Below the pieces are notes generated by a model. The model searched no databases and was not told the DNA's origin. It saw only the letters and a list, made by a program, of their open reading frames with translations. A stretch of DNA of 64,000 nt from a virus (taxonomy: Duplodnaviria > Caudoviricetes), in IMG/VR virus record IMGVR_UViG_3300002220_000519, positions 21,407 to 85,406 of that record, one strand, 5' to 3'. The translations under genes were made by a program, and so were the position numbers. Below are positions 1-8,351 of this stretch, piece by piece; positions within the stretch are counted from its first letter, which is position 1, and each line of letters opens with the position of its first letter.

Positions 1-318
1 ATGTTGGCGCCATATACCGTCTGATGAGAGAGCATAGCCAGTGATGATAGCAAGACTCCTTTTGTTCTTAACCCATAAATGTGCAGAGTTAGAGTGACAA
101 GAGCATGGAAGTCCTTTTCTACGGAGAGCTCTTTTCTCTTTGAATAGCTCTCCTCGTTTTAGTAGGTTAATTAATTCCTCCTCGTATACAGGTGCAATAG
201 CTACTCCTTTTATCTTAAGGAGTAGTGTGTATAGGGTTTCAAGCAGTGGTTGTGTTCTGATAGCCCGTGCCTTTTGTGTTTCTAGGAACAGGGCTTGATC
301 ATAAGGTAGCTTTTTCAT
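1..318 (-). CDS. Hypothetical protein, truncated by the window edge (MKKLPYDQALFLETQK...CHSNSAHLW...)
   Basis: ATG at 318 directly follows the stop of the 320-526 gene; frame is open to base 1 (my translation). Confidence 0.5.
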   Translation of the reverse strand, partial: MKKLPYDQALFLETQKARAIRTQPLLETLYTLLLKIKGVAIAPVYEEELINLLKRGELFKEKRALRRKGLPCSCHSNSAHLWVKNKRSLAIITGYALSSDGIWRQH

Positions 319-319
319 A

Positions 320-526
320 TTAATCACAGTATTCATACATGTCGATGCAGTCATAATAGTCGTCTTCTGCTTCCCAGGCGCATTCATAAAGACGTTTACT
401 GCATCGTATTGGTAGTATGTTTTCGTATAGCCAGATAAGGTAGTTGGGGTCATCTCTTAGTATTTCCTGTGGTGTATGACCTTTATGCCTGCCAAATGTT
501 AGTGGGGTGTTGTCGATATCTGGCAT
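320..526 (-). CDS. Small protein with a DUF3820/ExoX-C-terminal-like motif
   Basis: LTFGRHKGHTPQEILRDDPNYLIWLYEN fits the FGK(H/Y)KG...P.YL.WL pattern. Confidence 0.6.
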   Translation of the reverse strand: MPDIDNTPLTFGRHKGHTPQEILRDDPNYLIWLYENILPIRCSKRLYECAWEAEDDYYDCIDMYEYCD

Positions 527-642
527 TGTTGTTCCTGTATATTTACGAGGGTTAGAGCTGTAGCTTTAGGCAGTTTAGGGCTGTTAGCTATTACCCTAAC
601 TAGCTTAAGCTGATTGTCATTAATCTCAATAATCATTACTAA

Positions 643-957
643 CTATGGTCTCTTCTTCTTATTGAACTTGATGTTATTAGTTACCCAAGGAGAGGTAGGT
701 ACTTTTGGTTTCTTGGTCTTTGCCTTAAGCTTTTTACCGCTCTTTATTACTTCAGATATGCTGCATGGCTTGAGCTTTAATGTCTGTTCTTTGCGCTGTA
801 TGCTTCTAAGTTCATATACCTTGCTAGCATCTACCGGTCTTCCAACCATACCAAAAGCGTATTCGTTGATGCTTAATAGATAGTTGCCATGTTTTATTAC
901 TTCGTCAGGTAGTAGTTTAACCCATGTCTTACCTTTAGGTGGTTTTGGTAGTGGCAT
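643..957 (-). CDS. Hypothetical basic protein
   Basis: 104-aa Lys-rich ORF in the minus-strand gene block. Confidence 0.5.
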   Translation of the reverse strand: MPLPKPPKGKTWVKLLPDEVIKHGNYLLSINEYAFGMVGRPVDASKVYELRSIQRKEQTLKLKPCSISEVIKSGKKLKAKTKKPKVPTSPWVTNNIKFNKKKRP

Positions 958-1167
958 CTTAGAACCTTATATTGTTTGTTACCCATTTAAGTATAGCTTC
1001 ATCACCAGCACCTGTACCAATAGGACGTAATCTATGAACAAGGTCTTCTTCTAGTGCACGAAGCCCAACCCATATCTTTTTCTCTCAGTTTTACGCTAGG
1101 GTTTAGTATGCCTGGGTGTGCTGCCTCTGGTCTAATTTGTCCTCTATTCCCATGTCCTAATCGTTCT

Positions 1168-1383
1168 CTACGTCTTGCTCCCCTCGATCTTATTGCTGTC
1201 GTTTAGCTGTGCTATTACTTCTTTGTTGTACTGTTTCATAGTGCTATTATTGGTTTCAGCATTATGTTTTGGTGTATTCCAATAGGGAGATTTGCAACTT
1301 GGACACAGTATAGTCTTATCTTTGCGAGGAAACCAAGTCCAGTTGCAACGACAACAGGTTTTACTTATTCTTTCCTTTTTCAT
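1168..1383 (-). CDS. Zn-ribbon protein (paralogue of 17298-17576)
   Basis: CCRCNWTWFPRKDKTILCPSCKSPYWN; two CxxC pairs. Confidence 0.65.
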   Translation of the reverse strand: MKKERISKTCCRCNWTWFPRKDKTILCPSCKSPYWNTPKHNAETNNSTMKQYNKEVIAQLNDSNKIEGSKT

Positions 1384-1619
1384 GGTATAATTAACCTATA
1401 GAAGTAAGTTTAAGGAGGTTGTACCAGGTGAAACGCATTGAATTCTTGTTTTTTGTAATTTTCCTGCGGCAAAACTGTAGGAGAGCCACAGAAACGGCCC
1501 AGACCCCATAGCAGGACCTTGAAAACTGATGCAGAGGCTGGAGAAGACCGAGGTTATTGACCTACGCCAGCCTATTATGTTGTTTCTATGTATTCAGCGC
1601 CTGTGACTCTCTTATAGCT

Positions 1620-1814
1620 TTACGTCTGTTTTGGCTTCTTGTGCCTTGTTTTGTCTTGGGTGTATGTACTCTTTCTCCTGGTTTTCGCTTCCATTTCACC
1701 CTTGGCAAATCTGGGAGCTTCTTCTTTTTCATTGAGTTCACATAGATGAGATAAGTTTAACTTCCGGAGGTTACAATCCTCCTTTTCATGACAGGTGGCA
1801 CAGGACTGGCTCAT
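1620..1814 (-). CDS. Small Cys-containing basic protein
   Basis: MSQSCATCHEKEDCNL...; ATG at 1814 overlaps the TGA of the upstream small ORF. Confidence 0.55.
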   Translation of the reverse strand: MSQSCATCHEKEDCNLRKLNLSHLCELNEKEEAPRFAKGEMEAKTRRKSTYTQDKTRHKKPKQT

Positions 1815-1915
1815 TTTGTCTTGTTCCTTGTTAAAAAGTATATCACTATGAATACCAGGATGAGTAAGACCCATTCAGCTGCACCAGACATTGACCATAA
1901 CCAGTGTAAAAACAC
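1811..1915 (-). CDS. 34-aa single-pass membrane peptide
   Basis: RBS AAAGGAG, GTG start; MFLHWLWSMSGAAEWVLLILVFIVIYFLTRNKTK. Confidence 0.5.
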   Translation of the reverse strand: MFLHWLWSMSGAAEWVLLILVFIVIYFLTRNKTK

Positions 1916-1942
1916 GGTTTTATCTCCTTTTGATGTATAATT

Positions 1943-2160
1943 CCCGTAACCTTGCGGTTACGGGCTAGGGTGCCACGTACCTGTAGGCCAGACCGACGGA
2001 ACCGCGGACCTACCTTGGGGGCCCCTGCTCCCCAAGGGGTAATTGCCTACGCCATAAACATTCTAGGTGACCCAACACCTAGTTCCGTTCCCTTGCGGGC
2101 CTACCAAACCAGGAGATGGTCTAGTAGGATTCAGCCGTGGCTTCGAGACACCGGAATGAT
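1943..2160 (-). ncRNA. Candidate structured non-coding RNA (unassigned)
   Basis: GC-rich intergenic region with at least six complementary helices and two GCAA tetraloops on the minus strand; no credible ORF. Confidence 0.55.
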
Positions 2161-2199
2161 GTCTAATTTTATATATGTAAGTTCCTTATCGCAAAGAAC

Positions 2200-2535
2200 T
2201 TAGGTTAAAACAGTTTGAACTGTATGATCAAAGGTCAGAGCATTCTTACAGTAGCTGAAGATCTCTTTTCTCCATAGAATAATAGAGACTACAGCGCTAC
2301 CGACAGAGCCAATCATAAATGAGTATAGACCGGCTCCAGCTAATAGAATGACAATAGCGGATAACGAGACGTCCATTAGGAACCTTCTCGTCTCTTCGGC
2401 TAGTGGTACAAAAGATTTAGCTGATCTCTTATGCGCAAAGCCTAAGAACGCTGCCATTATATTAGCGAGCTCTTTAAAGTAGAAGAAGACATTAATTAGT
2501 AATGCTGCTACTCCCAATAATATCATAGATATCAT
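2200..2535 (-). CDS. Membrane protein
   Basis: 111 aa with about three hydrophobic segments; RBS GGAGG upstream. Confidence 0.6.
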   Translation of the reverse strand: MISMILLGVAALLINVFFYFKELANIMAAFLGFAHKRSAKSFVPLAEETRRFLMDVSLSAIVILLAGAGLYSFMIGSVGSAVVSIILWRKEIFSYCKNALTFDHTVQTVLT

Positions 2536-2540
2536 AGTTT

Positions 2541-2981
2541 TTAACCTCCTTTCTGCGATTTACTCAGCCTATCTAGGACAGATTGGCTGTTCTCCTTATG
2601 CATTCCGGTAATCTTATGGGTATCCCAATTATCTACCTCGCACCGACAAACTGAACACCAGTTATTAGGACAACGCCCTTCGGTGTGTAAGTCTAAAGAT
2701 GCGTGGCACTTTGGACAATCGTCGTTTTCTTCTTCTGTGGCGGTGCCCCCCGCTTGCGCGGGGCCCCCCGCCCCATACCCGAAGTGAAAGAATTGTCTTA
2801 GTATGTATATTAGCAGGACCACCTTGAGTGGGACGAGTATAACATTGATCAATAGTACTCGTCCCACTGTTATAGGTTCACCCCAAAGGTTGATGAAGGC
2901 TCCCCCAGTGTCTAACGCAACGAATATGAGTGTACCTATGATGATTTCTACTGCCAATACTGAAGCAATTAACTGCTTCAT
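2541..2981 (-). CDS. Membrane protein with C-terminal Cys/His Zn-binding cluster
   Basis: Two hydrophobic helices followed by CPKCHASLDLHTEGRCPNNWCSVCRC. Confidence 0.6.
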   Translation of the reverse strand: MKQLIASVLAVEIIIGTLIFVALDTGGAFINLWGEPITVGRVLLINVILVPLKVVLLIYILRQFFHFGYGAGGPAQAGGTATEEENDDCPKCHASLDLHTEGRCPNNWCSVCRCEVDNWDTHKITGMHKENSQSVLDRLSKSQKGG

Positions 2982-3187
2982 TTTGCGGGCTGCATGCTGG
3001 GTTCGGGGTATGCCAGCCTATCATGCTGTTTCTCCAGGCGGGCTATACCTTTGTCGCAGGCTGTCTTGACCTTGTTGGCGCTGTCACGGACTGCGACCGC
3101 TGATACCTTGCCCAACTGAACGACAGCCAGGCCGGTGTACATTAAGGCCACTTTTCCCAGTGTGGCCAATTTTTTGGTCTCGGACAT
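2978..3187 (-). CDS. Small amphipathic helical protein (family with 3237-3545 and 6960-7286)
   Basis: RBS AAGGGAG; hydrophobic stretch followed by ANKVKTA. Confidence 0.65.
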   Translation of the reverse strand: MSETKKLATLGKVALMYTGLAVVQLGKVSAVAVRDSANKVKTACDKGIARLEKQHDRLAYPEPSMQPAK

Positions 3188-3236
3188 GATGGTCTCCCTT
3201 ATTAATGATCTGTTGATTATTTAAGTTAACCTGGGG

Positions 3237-3545
3237 TTAGGCTACGGCCGGGACGGGCTCTGGTTTCTTGAACGGGATCACATTGCCGAGCCTGGTCTTC
3301 AGGTCGGTTGCGATCTCCTTGGCGTCGGCGGCTAACTTCTTGTTGTCCAGTTTCTTCTCCGCCCTGATGCAGGCCTGGTTTAACTGCTCGGCTCTCTTCG
3401 CGACCTTGTTGGCGCCGTACCTGATGCCGATGAGGCCGATGCGAGCTGTGGCGTTCCCCATCAATATGGGGCCGACGATCGCGACGCTGGCGGAAATCCG
3501 GGCTGCGTCACGGAAGTCTTTGCTGGCTCTTTTCAGTTCTAACAT
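3237..3545 (-). CDS. Small amphipathic helical protein
   Basis: Start reassigned to ATG 3545 (RBS AAGGAG); contains ANKVAKRA. Confidence 0.65.
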   Translation of the reverse strand: MLELKRASKDFRDAARISASVAIVGPILMGNATARIGLIGIRYGANKVAKRAEQLNQACIRAEKKLDNKKLAADAKEIATDLKTRLGNVIPFKKPEPVPAVA

Positions 3546-3694
3546 CTGAGTAATCTCCTTGTTTTGTTCAATTTTTGTGGGTTTTCTCTTGTTTTTGGTG
3601 AATTTTTGAGAGGAGTGGTTCACCCCGAACCACCCCTCTTCTGGTTGTTGCGTAGGCACTTTGTTGCGACTCCTACGCTAGTCCCGGTAGGACA

Positions 3695-4015
3695 CTACTT
3701 GCCCTTGGCCTCTTCGAGCGGAACTTCCTGGGAGCTGGTGCCCACGGCTACGCCATTGATCTTGACTGAGTAGCGGGTGACCACGAATTTCCCTTCCAGT
3801 TCGAAAGTGGCGTCCTTCAGGGCTCCGGAGTTGACTGCCTTCCGGATGTTGCCGGCGAGGTTCCGATCCTGGAAGCTGAGAGGGTGGTTGGTCTCGGTGT
3901 TGTCCTTGGCGACCGAGACGGCTCTGAAGAAGCGGGGCTGGCCATCGCTTTGGGCGATACCGCTCAGCGGATCGGGGCGCAGGGATACCTGGAAACTGGT
4001 TTTCTGACCGTCCAT
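3695..4015 (-). CDS. RNAP-A-linked small beta-rich protein (paralogue of 7774-8112)
   Basis: RBS AAGGAGG; DPLSGIAQSDGQPRFFRA motif; directly downstream of RNAP-A. Confidence 0.75.
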   Translation of the reverse strand: MDGQKTSFQVSLRPDPLSGIAQSDGQPRFFRAVSVAKDNTETNHPLSFQDRNLAGNIRKAVNSGALKDATFELEGKFVVTRYSVKINGVAVGTSSQEVPLEEAKGK

Positions 4016-4034
4016 CGTATTATCCTCCTTTCTT

Positions 4035-6476
4035 CTAGGATTCCTGATTCATATGATCAGGTTTGTTTTCCAAGACAAGAGAGCATTCGGCAGGGGGAAG
4101 GACTGCGGGCAAGGGAGCGCTTAGATTATGCGCTAAGTAGTCGGACATACGCTCTATGGCTCCTGTGCAGGCGTAATGCCGAACGAGGCCCGGCAGGTTG
4201 TCTAAGGCCGTTCCGCCATATACCCTGTTCGCGAGTTCTCCCGGTCCGAGTGGTGCGATCAGTGTGAACAGGAAGTCGCTCATCTTGGATGTAGCTATGA
4301 CCTGTCCAAATCTCACTGCCACGGACACTCGATCTGTTACCGGTAGAGCGCGTACTTTAGCCGCAGCTTCGTAGACTGCTGTGAAGCTTGGCTTGCTTGG
4401 TTGGCGGCCGGTTAGGGCGTCCCCAGCTGCGTATGCAACTGCGTCTCGGAATGCGTCCATGAGGCCCTTGGCGATATCTTCTGTTACTGTGCTAAAGGCC
4501 ATCACGGGTTCTGCCATGATCTTTTGTGCGAAGCCGGCTCTGTCGAATGGTTGCTGCTCGACTATCTCGAAAGCGGGCAAGTTTCCGAGTAGGTTGTGCA
4601 CCCATCCAGTTAAGCATAGATCCCATGTCTTATCCGTATGGGAGACGTGTGATTTCCAGGTTGCGTCTATGCTGCTGTAGTGCTTTACTCGGGCGTTCCA
4701 GTCGAGTGCTGCCCGGCCCATTTCCTTGTGTAACCATGGCATTGTGGTTGGGAACCCCAGCGTCTTTAAATACCCTCTGACGCTACGCATGATACTTCTT
4801 GCGTCGAAGTCCCCGTTCTTGGTTGCCTGTATCGACATGTGGTAGGATTGGGCAAGGATATCTTCTGCATATGACAAGTCTACCCCTGTGCACTGAACGA
4901 TACAGCGTATAAGAGATAGCATGTTGCAGATGGTGCCGACTGATGCGCCACTGGCTTGTGTCTTGTAGGCATCTTCGTAGGCTGTGGTTACTACCCTGCC
5001 AGTTCCTTTGGTCATATCGAGGTGAGGCTTAGGTGAGGTTTTGAGTTTGAAATTGTAGATGAATATAGTGTCACCGTCGAAATCCCCGTTATGGAACTCT
5101 TTCCAGTCTTCGGGGTTAACGTAGGCCGCGTGATCTGGGGCGGTATTTGTTCTGAATGTGTAGTGAACCTTGTACTGCCTGATCTCCGACTTCTGATTGA
5201 TAGGGTACCGCACTACTGTGACGGTCTGGGGGCGACCAAATGCATTCCAGGCTTTGCGGGATAAGATGATGTCACCTCTCCTGCATTTGGCAGACGGAAG
5301 AGCCAGCGCGGTGTGGCCCTTCTCTGTGTAGAATCCTTTTCTTAATTGATTGGCATACCAATGGGCTGCCTGCCAGGTTGCTCTCTGACAGGTTGGGTGT
5401 GTATCGGCTGTGGCCCCGGCTGCGAATAAGAATTCAGCCTGCATACGAAGCTCACGATTAAGTCCGTCTTCGGTAGGGATGTTACCTGGTAATAGGTCGA
5501 ATGCATCGTGCACTTTTAGGATCTTTTGCATTGCGTAGCTGTCACCGAGGATAGCATCTTGTAAGTCCGTAACTAGAGGCACGAGTTCGGCTTCAACTAC
5601 TTCTCTCCAGTTGTCGCACAGGCCAAGCAGTTGATAGGAGAGATTACATCCTATGCGATAGAACCAGTCTGAAACAGAAACCAGGCGGAATTCGGAAATC
5701 TTGAAGGTGTGCTTGCCTGGCTTGCGTGGTTCTCCCTTGTCGTTGCCGTTCCAGTATAACAGCTCTCCTGGTTCATCGGTGTTGGGGTCAAGGTAGAAGA
5801 CTACCTTGCTTGAGTGTGGCCATATACCTGAAAGCTTGATGGCCGTGGGTAAATGGATAACTTGTCCTTCCTCGTTGATCATCTTGTCGAGATTATAGGC
5901 TGCTACCATATTGGCCATAATCTTCTTGCTTACGCGCATACAGCCGTCGAGACTCGGGTGTTCTTCGTCTGTAACGACTACATCGAATGCATACTCTGAT
6001 TGTGGTAATATGGCTGGTTGGTGAGAAACTCCGGCGGCTTTGGCATTTGACCATGGCACTTTGACTTGATCGTTGATGCCTACCAATAGTTTCCAGTCCA
6101 AGGCCATTTGCTTGGGGGTTGGTAGGATAACAGCGTTTGGGCCAACCTGTTTGTGGATCTGGTCCATTACATCTGTTGGCGTGTCGTTGTTGATCGGGGC
6201 TGGAACTTCATACCACCAGGAAACTTCAGGTTCGCCATTTGTATAGTTGAGCAGGCCGTTTGCGCCTCTCGTGTACCCGCTGTTCTTTCTGAGTACTGTG
6301 ACTACCTTAATTGTCTCCGAATGTTTAATTACATAGTCACGGACCCAAGAATCCCGTACACCCTTGATTTTTGCACGCTTATTTGAGTCTGGGTCGTTGA
6401 GCAGCACCAGAGGATCTTCTTCCCAAACCAAGTAGTTTGGGCTATCCTGTGTAGCCATAGGGATCTTCAGTCCCAT
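4035..6476 (-). CDS. Single-subunit two-barrel RNA polymerase A (YonO/QDE-1-like), 813 aa
   Basis: Ordered motifs LDGC, SKVVF, NDKG, NLSYQLL, TVTVVRYP, HNGDFDGD (5070-5090), VGTICN, MSIQATK; RBS AAAGGAG. Confidence 0.85.
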   Translation of the reverse strand: MGLKIPMATQDSPNYLVWEEDPLVLLNDPDSNKRAKIKGVRDSWVRDYVIKHSETIKVVTVLRKNSGYTRGANGLLNYTNGEPEVSWWYEVPAPINNDTPTDVMDQIHKQVGPNAVILPTPKQMALDWKLLVGINDQVKVPWSNAKAAGVSHQPAILPQSEYAFDVVVTDEEHPSLDGCMRVSKKIMANMVAAYNLDKMINEEGQVIHLPTAIKLSGIWPHSSKVVFYLDPNTDEPGELLYWNGNDKGEPRKPGKHTFKISEFRLVSVSDWFYRIGCNLSYQLLGLCDNWREVVEAELVPLVTDLQDAILGDSYAMQKILKVHDAFDLLPGNIPTEDGLNRELRMQAEFLFAAGATADTHPTCQRATWQAAHWYANQLRKGFYTEKGHTALALPSAKCRRGDIILSRKAWNAFGRPQTVTVVRYPINQKSEIRQYKVHYTFRTNTAPDHAAYVNPEDWKEFHNGDFDGDTIFIYNFKLKTSPKPHLDMTKGTGRVVTTAYEDAYKTQASGASVGTICNMLSLIRCIVQCTGVDLSYAEDILAQSYHMSIQATKNGDFDARSIMRSVRGYLKTLGFPTTMPWLHKEMGRAALDWNARVKHYSSIDATWKSHVSHTDKTWDLCLTGWVHNLLGNLPAFEIVEQQPFDRAGFAQKIMAEPVMAFSTVTEDIAKGLMDAFRDAVAYAAGDALTGRQPSKPSFTAVYEAAAKVRALPVTDRVSVAVRFGQVIATSKMSDFLFTLIAPLGPGELANRVYGGTALDNLPGLVRHYACTGAIERMSDYLAHNLSAPLPAVLPPAECSLVLENKPDHMNQES

Positions 6477-6548
6477 CGTTCACGCTCCTTTCACTAGTTG
6501 AATTAACGGTAAGATTCCTGCCAAAACAGGGAGAGAATTTGGCGAGGG

Positions 6549-6830
6549 TTATCGATCACTCGCAAGCTTCTCTGCTGCGTTAAGCTCCCTGTCCGCAGAT
6601 ATCTTCATCTGTTCTGCGTTACGGCCTGCTTCCCTGATGATGGTGGAGAGCGCGAACTCTAGGTGCTTGTAGGTGCCGACCTTCTGCCTGAGCCCGGCTA
6701 TGGTTGTTTCCTTGACTGCGACCTCGTTGGTTAGCAGTTTGTTGTCCTGTTCTAAAGCTGTGGTCTGCTCGGTAAGTTCGGCTATCTTCTTTTCGAGTTC
6801 CCTAATTCTGCGAAATGGATTTAACTTCAT
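6549..6830 (-). CDS. Coiled-coil protein
   Basis: Heptad pattern IRELEKKIAELTEQTTALEQDNKLL; RBS AAGGAGG. Confidence 0.65.
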   Translation of the reverse strand: MKLNPFRRIRELEKKIAELTEQTTALEQDNKLLTNEVAVKETTIAGLRQKVGTYKHLEFALSTIIREAGRNAEQMKISADRELNAAEKLASDR

Positions 6831-6959
6831 GTTTGTTCACCTCCTTTGCATAGTACTGGCGCTCCTTGCCTTCTAAGAAGCGGTTAACGTTTTGGGCTAG
6901 TTTCTGCCCGAAGTGTCCTGCGATGAGTGCGACTGCCATGCCGAACTTCATGCCGTTGT

Positions 6960-7286
6960 CTACGACGGCTTTTCCGGAGACGGCGGCACGGGCGGCTTGG
7001 AGTTGGAGTTCTGTTTGGGAGAGCACGGTTCCTCCTTTCCCTTGAGTTCGTCCATGGCCTGGTCTAAGGCCTGGTCTGCGGTTAAGTTTCCTTCTGCTTT
7101 GAGTTCGAGTGTGCGGTTGACCACTTGGTAGGTTAACTTGCCGGCCTCTATCTCGTTGTCTATCTTCTCCTTAGCACGCTTAGCTATTTTGGTTGCGCTC
7201 TTGGCTGCTTCGTCTCCGAGCCTTCCGAACACAGCGCCTATTGTGATGATGCCGGCTGCGATTTTCCGTTTGGTAGTGTCTTCCAT
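6960..7286 (-). CDS. Small amphipathic helical protein
   Basis: RBS AAGGAGG; KIAAGIITIGAVFG...TKIAKRA. Confidence 0.65.
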   Translation of the reverse strand: MEDTTKRKIAAGIITIGAVFGRLGDEAAKSATKIAKRAKEKIDNEIEAGKLTYQVVNRTLELKAEGNLTADQALDQAMDELKGKEEPCSPKQNSNSKPPVPPSPEKPS

Positions 7287-7728
7287 GACTGATCACCTCC
7301 TTTTAAATGGTTGTGTGGCCTTGTTCGATGCAGGGAGTTTGCGTCTTTCATTCCTTTCTCCTTATATTAATGGTTTAGTTGATTGCGAACGGCGCCAGCT
7401 TATTCACCCATGGCTTTACGCCTTTAAGTGGGAGTGGTGGGGCTGGCTACCAGGACGGTCAGTCACCACGACCGACACGGGCCTGGGCTGTTCAATCTCA
7501 CACCTGTGGAACCAGACCCTATATATGAATGTAAGTGTTTGCACCGCCCTCAATTAAGAGGACGGCGGAAAGGTTGCCAGGCCTAGCTTCGCTGTTGGGA
7601 AAAGGACAGCGCAAGCGTAGTTTTTACAACTACCCGGGTTGCAGGCAGTTAACCACGCGGGGAAGGCAACAGATTACTACCACCACAAGGGATATATGTT
7701 ATTGACACACATATCCTATATGAATTTT

Positions 7729-7765
7729 AAAAGACCGAAGGGAGCGTTAACTCCCCTCAGTCTTT
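7729..7765 (-). terminator. Intrinsic terminator after the RNAP-B partner gene
   Basis: AAAGACTGAGGGGAG-TTAACG-CTCCCTTCGGTCTTTT on the minus strand. Confidence 0.7.
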
Positions 7766-7773
7766 ATGAATGA

Positions 7774-8112
7774 TTATTCAGGCACGCAGGTGGCAGTCCC
7801 CCGACCCAGCACCAAATCCTGGCCGATATCGAAGACCTCGCGGACCTCGATGGCTTTCCTGGTGATCGGGATGGTGACGGTCTCACCCTTGGCCGACGCA
7901 GCGATCAGCTTGTCCCTGAGCTGGCCACCGATGGACTTGGCAGCGAAGCTGATGTGCAACCGGCGACCGTCCGGGAGCGTGGCCTGGAACAGGTAGGGCC
8001 GACCGTCTTTGAAGTTGATGCCGCTCATGGGATCGAAGGACAGAACGGCGTTTACGGACGCTTCGGCCAGCACCTGGGCGCCAGCCTGGAACTTCTTGGT
8101 GAAGTTGCTCAT
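7774..8112 (-). CDS. RNAP-B-linked small beta-rich protein (paralogue of 3695-4015)
   Basis: Start reassigned to ATG 8112 (RBS AGGAG); DPMSGINFKDGRPYLFQA motif. Confidence 0.75.
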   Translation of the reverse strand: MSNFTKKFQAGAQVLAEASVNAVLSFDPMSGINFKDGRPYLFQATLPDGRRLHISFAAKSIGGQLRDKLIAASAKGETVTIPITRKAIEVREVFDIGQDLVLGRGTATCVPE

Positions 8113-8351
8113 GGTAAGGTCTCCTAATAGAAGTTTAAAAGTTGACATACGCTCTGAGTGAGCTATGCCAAAACAAGTGAGTATTCGGCTAGGCTAGAGA
8201 CTTCGGCTAGGATAGACTGCAGGCTGGGGGGCCGGCAATCCTCTCCCTACGCATACGAGTTTAAATAGCTAGTGTATGACTACCTGGTTATAACCTAGTT
8301 GCGTTTAGTCTTCTAAATATGAGCGCCTGTCACGTTTGTTTTGTGTTGTTG

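Noticed and set aside
2085-2140. c-di-AMP (ydaO) riboswitch similarity (GCUGAAUCC...GG..ACGGAAC on the minus strand)
   Set aside because: Only the 5' words resemble it; the downstream conserved elements are absent.
6802-7026. 74-aa minus ORF overlapping 6960-7286
   Set aside because: Overlaps two better-supported genes and has no clear RBS; possibly real from ATG 6951 but unsupported.
7702-7730. Plus-strand TTGACA as a promoter
   Set aside because: No acceptable -10 at 16-18 bp; it sits in a hairpin loop.
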